A stretch of 64,000 nt of DNA from a virus. The position numbers and the translations under genes were made by a program. The notes under the pieces are model-generated. The model saw only the letters and a program-made list of their open reading frames with translations, did not search any database and was not told the origin of the DNA. The DNA lies in the IMG/VR virus record IMGVR_UViG_3300008255_000115, positions 1 through 64,000 of that record. One strand, written 5' to 3'. Positions 58,002 to 64,000 of this stretch are shown here, one piece after another; positions within the stretch are counted from its first letter, which is position 1, and every line of letters begins with the position of its first letter.

Positions 58002-61000
58002 ATGAGCTGTCAATTAAGAAACAATGAAGATGGTACTTATACTGTTAGTGCACCTAATGGTGAAGAATCTATTTTATTTAACCAAATAACTAATCTTCCT
58101 GAGATTGAGAATGAACATCAAGCTGTACAAGCTTGGATTAAAGTTTATACAAAAAGTTTTAAAGACTGGTATGGTTTAGATTGGGAAATTATTTCAAAGA
58201 CAGAAAAAGATAAGTTGATAAAGGCAGGATTCTTAGATCAAAATGGAGAACCTGTTATATTCTATAGAGGTGATTACACAGGTTTGGAATCATTTAATTA
58301 TTCAGATAATGTAGGTAAATTTGGACAAGGCATTTATCTAGCTCAAAATAAAGCTCAAGCAGAAGCATTTGCTAGTCAAACAAATAGAAAAGTATATCCT
58401 GTCTTTTTAAAACCGGGTAAGTTTAAAGTATTTAAAAACATAACAGAATTTAAAAGACAAGCTGCTGAATTTAATAAAACTAAATATGTACCAACTATTC
58501 AACAAATAAAAAATTATGTAGATACTTTACATAGTGATGACATTACAATAGTAGGTACTGGATTATTAGGAAAAGAATTCAACACAGCAAAAAAAGAGAA
58601 TGTTAAATCTATTTTCTCAGAAGGTTTTATGTTAACTCTTAAGTATTTTGATCCATTATTACCAACACAAACTTTCAATGAAGATTTTCAAAAAACACAA
58701 AAAAGTGAAAGCTTTATCAGTGAGATGATCTTAAGATTACAAAATAATTTAGGATTAAGTTCTGAAGATATTCAGCTCATTACTAAAGAGGATGCTTTAC
58801 TAATAACAAATAAAGCAAAGAATCCTTATAAAGATCAAGCAGGATTTTTTTATGAGGGTAAAGTTTATCTTGTAAAAGGTAAAATTACACCTGAAACAGT
58901 ATTTCATGAATTTGCACATCCTCTTATAAAAGCTATATCTAAAGATAACAATAAACTTTTCAACAGAATATACCAGGACATTATTCAAGATTCACAAGGA
59001 CAACAGTTTCTAGCAGAAGCTATATCAGAAAATCCTGAGTTAGATCCTACAAATGAGCAAATTAAAGAAGAGGTTATAGTTAAAGCTATGACATATGCTG
59101 CAAAAAATTCAGATATGGTAGATCCTGTAGTACAACCCTCTAAAGGATTAATTGCTGCACTTAAGAAATTATTTTATGCTATTAAACAGATATTACGTAA
59201 TATATCTAAAGGACCCACAAAAGTAGAAAACTTATCTTCTACTACTACTGTTGAAGAATTGGCAAATATGCTAATGAATAAACAATGGAACATAAACATG
59301 AACATTGTAAAAGATTCAGATATTGTAGCATATATAAACGAACATAAAGAAAGGATAGAAGAATTAAATCAAAGAGCAAATAGTAAAGAAAGTATGGCAG
59401 CATATTATACTCTTCTTAAAGAAGCTGGTTCTATATATAGAAATCAACTTCAAGCTATGTTAGAATCAGAACACTATGATGAATTAGCAATAGTACTATC
59501 TGATGAGACTGGACAATTAGATGTAGAAGCTATTAAAAGAAATATAGGAGATCTTGTAAACGATACATCTATTATAAAAAAACAAGTAACAAGACATACA
59601 AGATTAGTTAATAGTAAAACTGACCAAGAAAAAATAGCAACTAAAGCTCAAAATGAACATGAAGAAACTCTTGAATTTGAAAGAAGAGTAACTGCATTAT
59701 CTCTTAATATAATTACTATAGATGATCAAGTAAAAAGAATTAAAAAACATATTGTTTCATTAGCACAAGAACCAGATCAAAAAACTGCATTTAAACAGTT
59801 AGCATTCTATGTAAAACAATTAAAAGCTTGGAATGAACATTTAGAGAACTTTGATAAAGAGGCTAATAAAGCAAACCTAGAAACTGATAATCCTGTAAGA
59901 CAAGACATTAATAGTATTCTTAAAAATATTAAAGACACTGAAAATAATATAGAAAAAATATATGAAAATACCTTATCAGAAACATTTTCTGAAATATTTG
60001 ATAACTTAACCATAAATGTAACTAAAAAACAAGAAGCTCTTATAAAAGAATATAAAGAAAAAATACAAAAAGGAGGAGATAAGAAATATCTTGAAAAATT
60101 AATTAAAGAAGCTGAAGAAGAAATAGAAAGAGTACAAGTACCAAAAGAAAAAATGCTTAAATATCTTACTGGACAAATGGGTGATATAGGGTTTTTACAT
60201 AGTCAATTTGAAAACTTTATATCTAGTCAAGATCCTTCAATATCGAGTTTTGCTGCATATATAAAAGATAATCATACTAAAGTTAATGGTAAACTTCATA
60301 ACAAGCTTAATAGCTTTTTAACAGAACTTGGACCTTTACTTAAAGAATTTGGTATAACTCCTCAACAACTTAGTAAATTCCGTAAAGAGTTTGCTTTTAT
60401 AGATAAGAGTACAAGAAGAAATGACAAAGGTGAATTAGAGGATTATCAGATCTATACATTCTTTAATGAGTATCAGAACTATAAACATACTCTTGCTATT
60501 TTAAATGATAAGATACAAGAAGCTAAAGACAATTGGATAGATGACCCATCTACAGAAAAATTACTTAAACTTAATGAATTAAATTCAATTAAAGATGAGC
60601 ATATAAAATATTATTTTCGTAAACAATATATAGATGAATACTATCATGCTGATGATATGTTGGAATCAACTGAGTTAGGTAGAGAAGCAAAAGGAGAAAT
60701 AGATGATATATTAAGTGAAATAAGAGATTGGCAGAATGTACATCCTGATGCCACAGAGATCTATGAAGACTTTGAAACAGTTGAAGTACTATGGAAAGAC
60801 TATAAAAAGAAATTTTCATTATATGATGATTTTGGTCTTAAAAAAACTGGTGATGAACTTAAAAAAGCTGAATTACTTAAAGAAAATAGAGATGCTAAAA
60901 GAAAATTTCATAAATATACTATAATACCTGGAGCTTTTGAAGGAGCTTTAAAAGCATTTGAAGTTAAGCTTGTTGCAAGTCTACAGCATGAAGGACTACA

Positions 61001-64000
61001 AGAAGAAGATCCAAGGTTCACTGAGGAATATAATAGAAGAAGAACCTTATGGATAGACAGGAATACTCATACTAAAATATCAGATGAATTTTATCAGGTT
61101 AGAGAAAAAATTTATAAAAAAATAGCAAACATAATGTCTCATGTAGATAAAGGCGTTGATACTAGTTTAGAATTAGAAGCTATACTTAATTCTTTACAAG
61201 GAAGAAGAGATGAAGATGGCCAACCTATTGGTACAGAAATGACTGATGAGATGCTTAAAAATATAAAAGATCTTGAGCAAAAAATTGAGAACAGTAAGCA
61301 AAATGTTATAGGATCTAGTGGATTAACAAAAATAGAAGGAGCAGAACTAGCTTCTTACTATAATATAATGGCTGAAGGAAAATTATCAAAAGGCCAACTA
61401 ATTAGGTTTAAACAACTTAAGGATAAAAAAACTAAGTTAGGATTATCTAAAGCACAAAGATCAGAATTATTTTCACTCTTTGGATTTTTAACTACATTAC
61501 AATATAGTGTACCAACAGATTATTATATAGATGTACTAAACAATTTTTATAGAAATATAAAAGAAGCTTCTGGTCAAGAAAATCCTGAAGAAATAACACA
61601 TGATAATATTGATAGATTTTTACAACCTTCAGTGTTAGTTCCATTATTTAGTCAAAGTCCTAAATTTGAAAAATGGTTTAAGGACAATCATATTCTTAAA
61701 AATGTATTTGATTATGATATAAATGATGTGGTAGAAGTATATCAAAGAACTAAAGCATGGTCAGTTATAAAACCAGGTAATTCTAAATACATAGAAAAAA
61801 CAGAGATATATGATAAAGATGGAACTTTGATTGAAACAATAAATGGTGTACCTAATATGAAGTTTCAAAGACGTGAAGTATTAGATAAATATCATACTGG
61901 ATATGATCCTAAAACAGGAGAAATAAATAAACTTGCTCATTATAATATTCAAGGTTATCAACTTCCTAAGACTTTAGAAGAGATGGAAATGATAAAAAAT
62001 AAATATGGTGCTGAGTTAACAGCACACAATGAAAAATTAGCAACAGTATTAGGACAAGGTATACCTTATGATTATTATATTAACAGAGAATACCTTAATA
62101 TGAAAAAAGAAAATTCTACTAGGTTTCAAATATTAGAAAAACTTAGAAGATTTCATTATGAGTCACAAGAAGGTCTTGATAGAGGGGCCGTATTAGGAGA
62201 TGAAATGCCTAGACAAAGAAAAGACAAGTATGAATACCTTACATCAGGAACAGCAAAAGAAGATGCTGTAAGCAAAGGTGAACAAATTATGAAAGGTATT
62301 ACTCAATTTTTAGGTAAAAAAAGAGATGACTTTGAAGAAGGTTTAAATGCTGAAGAATCAGAATTATTAATTGGTACAGATGCTTATAATGAAATTAAGG
62401 GTAGTAAAATACCAATTAGAGGAAGATATAATTTAGATCTAGGTCAGGTTTCTGAAGATATTACATCTGCTATTTTTACATATTATCAATCAGCAGAACA
62501 AAATAAACTTCTTAAAGAAATGCAACCTATGGCTGAAGCTATGAAACAACTAGCTAACAATCAACCATTAGAAATGAATAATATTAATCATGGTATATTA
62601 TCTGCAGCTCAACATGCTATCAACAATATTACTGGAAGAAAGAGTCAGAATAATAGACGTAAAGAAGTTATAGATGGTATGGTTGAAATTATTTTTGAAG
62701 GTAAAAAACTCAAAACAGGACATAATAATCCTACATTAGTTAAAATGACTAATAATGCATTAGCTTTATCTTCTCATTCTTTCTTTGCTTTTGATATTAC
62801 TTCTGCTATGAAAAACTTTTTAGGTGCTCAGTTTCAAATTGCCTTAGAAGGAGCTGGCAAAAAATACTATTCTTATAGTAATTGGCATAGAGGTAGACCA
62901 TGGGCATTTAAAGCAATGGCCCAAATTTCACAACAGGTATATGCTCAAGAAGCTAAAAGTTTAGATATTCAAATTATTGACATATTTGATGCAATACAAG
63001 GTAGGTTTGAAGAAAAATTTGGAGAATCTGTTTCAAGATCTATCACTAGAGATACTGCTAATTTACAGTGGAGTACATCTCATAGAAAATGGTTAGAATC
63101 AGAAGCAACACTTCAACTATTTTCTGCTATAATGCATGACAGAACTGTAGAACAAATTCAACCTGATGGAACTACTAAGAAGTTAAGATATATTAATGCT
63201 TGGGAGTTAGATCCTAAAACTAGATCTATAAAACTCAAAGAAGGTATAGATTCTAAATGGGATATAGGAGGAAAGGAGTTTAATAAAGTATATAAAGAAA
63301 ATCATGAAGTATCTAATTTACTTCAAGGAGCTTATGCTGGATTTGATCAACCACTTGTTACAAGACATATTATGTTCAGAATGGTAGGATCCATGAGAAA
63401 ATATTTTACTAAAATGTTACTTCATAGATATGGTGCAAGAGGTATAGGTCTATGGCCTACTCAATGGTTTCATGCTAAAGCTAGGTATAATCTAGCTACT
63501 AGTGATATGCATCTTGGATTTTATTGGCAAAATATGATTACTTTAAGAAAAATAGTAGAAAGTGGTTTTAAGCATATTATGTATATGTCTCCAGAAGAAA
63601 CTAGAGCTCTTAAGATGGGAGCTTTAGAATTACTTAAATTACAATTATTTACATTAGCTTATTTTTGGATCTTTGGATTTGATCCAGGAGATGATGAAAA
63701 GTGGAAAAAACTTAAAGACAAGTCAGGAGCCTTACCTACAATGATAACTGATGACCAATGGTCAGAAAATTTTAAACTTGGAGGATGGTTAGAAAATCAT
63801 ATATTACTTCTTATGATGCATGTAGAAGCAGAGAATGAACATTTTGTTCCTATGCCTGGATATGGACTATCAGATATGTATCAAGTAATTGGAGGTGAAG
63901 CTTCAATTGCAGCTGGAGGTTCATATAAACCAATCCTAGATCTTCTTTCTACTTTATTTTTTGTAATGACCGGTAATGAAAAAATATATTATAAAAAAGA
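58002..64000 (+). CDS. giant ejection protein (>1999 aa, runs off the window) with N-terminal ART-PolyVal-like ADP-ribosyltransferase and zincin domain
   Basis: Translated by hand, open to the window end: FKDWYG...LDQNGEPVIFYRG...GQGIYLA...VYPVFL...KEF; HEFAH at 58905; hydrophobic LQLFTLAYFWIFG near the end. Confidence 0.85.
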   Translation, partial: MSCQLRNNEDGTYTVSAPNGEESILFNQITNLPEIENEHQAVQAWIKVYTKSFKDWYGLDWEIISKTEKDKLIKAGFLDQNGEPVIFYRGDYTGLESFNYSDNVGKFGQGIYLAQNKAQAEAFASQTNRKVYPVFLKPGKFKVFKNITEFKRQAAEFNKTKYVPTIQQIKNYVDTLHSDDITIVGTGLLGKEFNTAKKENVKSIFSEGFMLTLKYFDPLLPTQTFNEDFQKTQKSESFISEMILRLQNNLGLSSEDIQLITKEDALLITNKAKNPYKDQAGFFYEGKVYLVKGKITPETVFHEFAHPLIKAISKDNNKLFNRIYQDIIQDSQGQQFLAEAISENPELDPTNEQIKEEVIVKAMTYAAKNSDMVDPVVQPSKGLIAALKKLFYAIKQILRNISKGPTKVENLSSTTTVEELANMLMNKQWNINMNIVKDSDIVAYINEHKERIEELNQRANSKESMAAYYTLLKEAGSIYRNQLQAMLESEHYDELAIVLSDETGQLDVEAIKRNIGDLVNDTSIIKKQVTRHTRLVNSKTDQEKIATKAQNEHEETLEFERRVTALSLNIITIDDQVKRIKKHIVSLAQEPDQKTAFKQLAFYVKQLKAWNEHLENFDKEANKANLETDNPVRQDINSILKNIKDTENNIEKIYENTLSETFSEIFDNLTINVTKKQEALIKEYKEKIQKGGDKKYLEKLIKEAEEEIERVQVPKEKMLKYLTGQMGDIGFLHSQFENFISSQDPSISSFAAYIKDNHTKVNGKLHNKLNSFLTELGPLLKEFGITPQQLSKFRKEFAFIDKSTRRNDKGELEDYQIYTFFNEYQNYKHTLAILNDKIQEAKDNWIDDPSTEKLLKLNELNSIKDEHIKYYFRKQYIDEYYHADDMLESTELGREAKGEIDDILSEIRDWQNVHPDATEIYEDFETVEVLWKDYKKKFSLYDDFGLKKTGDELKKAELLKENRDAKRKFHKYTIIPGAFEGALKAFEVKLVASLQHEGLQEEDPRFTEEYNRRRTLWIDRNTHTKISDEFYQVREKIYKKIANIMSHVDKGVDTSLELEAILNSLQGRRDEDGQPIGTEMTDEMLKNIKDLEQKIENSKQNVIGSSGLTKIEGAELASYYNIMAEGKLSKGQLIRFKQLKDKKTKLGLSKAQRSELFSLFGFLTTLQYSVPTDYYIDVLNNFYRNIKEASGQENPEEITHDNIDRFLQPSVLVPLFSQSPKFEKWFKDNHILKNVFDYDINDVVEVYQRTKAWSVIKPGNSKYIEKTEIYDKDGTLIETINGVPNMKFQRREVLDKYHTGYDPKTGEINKLAHYNIQGYQLPKTLEEMEMIKNKYGAELTAHNEKLATVLGQGIPYDYYINREYLNMKKENSTRFQILEKLRRFHYESQEGLDRGAVLGDEMPRQRKDKYEYLTSGTAKEDAVSKGEQIMKGITQFLGKKRDDFEEGLNAEESELLIGTDAYNEIKGSKIPIRGRYNLDLGQVSEDITSAIFTYYQSAEQNKLLKEMQPMAEAMKQLANNQPLEMNNINHGILSAAQHAINNITGRKSQNNRRKEVIDGMVEIIFEGKKLKTGHNNPTLVKMTNNALALSSHSFFAFDITSAMKNFLGAQFQIALEGAGKKYYSYSNWHRGRPWAFKAMAQISQQVYAQEAKSLDIQIIDIFDAIQGRFEEKFGESVSRSITRDTANLQWSTSHRKWLESEATLQLFSAIMHDRTVEQIQPDGTTKKLRYINAWELDPKTRSIKLKEGIDSKWDIGGKEFNKVYKENHEVSNLLQGAYAGFDQPLVTRHIMFRMVGSMRKYFTKMLLHRYGARGIGLWPTQWFHAKARYNLATSDMHLGFYWQNMITLRKIVESGFKHIMYMSPEETRALKMGALELLKLQLFTLAYFWIFGFDPGDDEKWKKLKDKSGALPTMITDDQWSENFKLGGWLENHILLLMMHVEAENEHFVPMPGYGLSDMYQVIGGEASIAAGGSYKPILDLLSTLFFVMTGNEKIYYKK

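Noticed and set aside
40-60924. Short minus-strand and alternative-frame ORFs in the track (e.g. 40-315, 8079-8369, 22014-22382, 42409-42756, 58800-58988, 60736-60924)
   Set aside because: They lie on top of long + strand genes, have atypical composition and lack leaders; they are shadow ORFs
1-64000. Alternative genetic code (TAG or TGA reassignment, as in some crAss-like phages)
   Set aside because: Standard-code ORFs tile the window without fragmentation, including an 11-kb gene
58000-64000. Apparent 6-kb gene-free region in the ORF track
   Set aside because: It is one open frame from ATG 58002 that has no stop codon inside the window
1-64000. tRNA, rRNA, group I/II introns, DGR, integrase or att sites
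   Set aside because: Intergenic gaps are short and show no cloverleaf; no RT or integrase ORF and no interrupted genes other than the intein were seen

Overview
This is a 64-kb, AT-rich segment of a crAss-like (Crassvirales-type) phage with all genes on the + strand. The host is probably Bacteroidota (no Shine-Dalgarno sites, one TAnnTTTG promoter). It reads in the standard genetic code and covers the late/virion region in order: lysis and packaging genes (DUF5675, HU/IHF-like, PD-(D/E)XK nuclease, terminase with an Ala-start class-3 LAGLIDADG intein), portal, scaffold-like protein, major capsid protein, a very Cys-rich block of exterior structural proteins, a DEDD exonuclease, ring/tail-tube and muzzle proteins, then the internal cargo proteins. 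The cargo set includes a 3775-aa virion RNA polymerase (DFDID) and a >1999-aa ART/zincin protein that the ORF track missed. Three signals stand out. (1) The three giant ejection proteins (about 7,300 aa visible) hold only four cysteines, all at position -3 or +3 of the gene junctions, and the smaller upstream cargo proteins carry matching acidic C-terminal and basic N-terminal modules; this suggests a head-to-tail chain linked in gene order. (2) An intergenic hairpin at about 24.65 kb displays in its loop the complement of an AAACCAA(CAAA) motif found just upstream of at least 7 start codons, a candidate phage antisense sRNA. (3) A recurrent promoter TATATTATAGTATA is often preceded by an AAACTT-N3-AAGTTT palindrome. 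Family assignments come from motif recognition and gene order; no database search was run.
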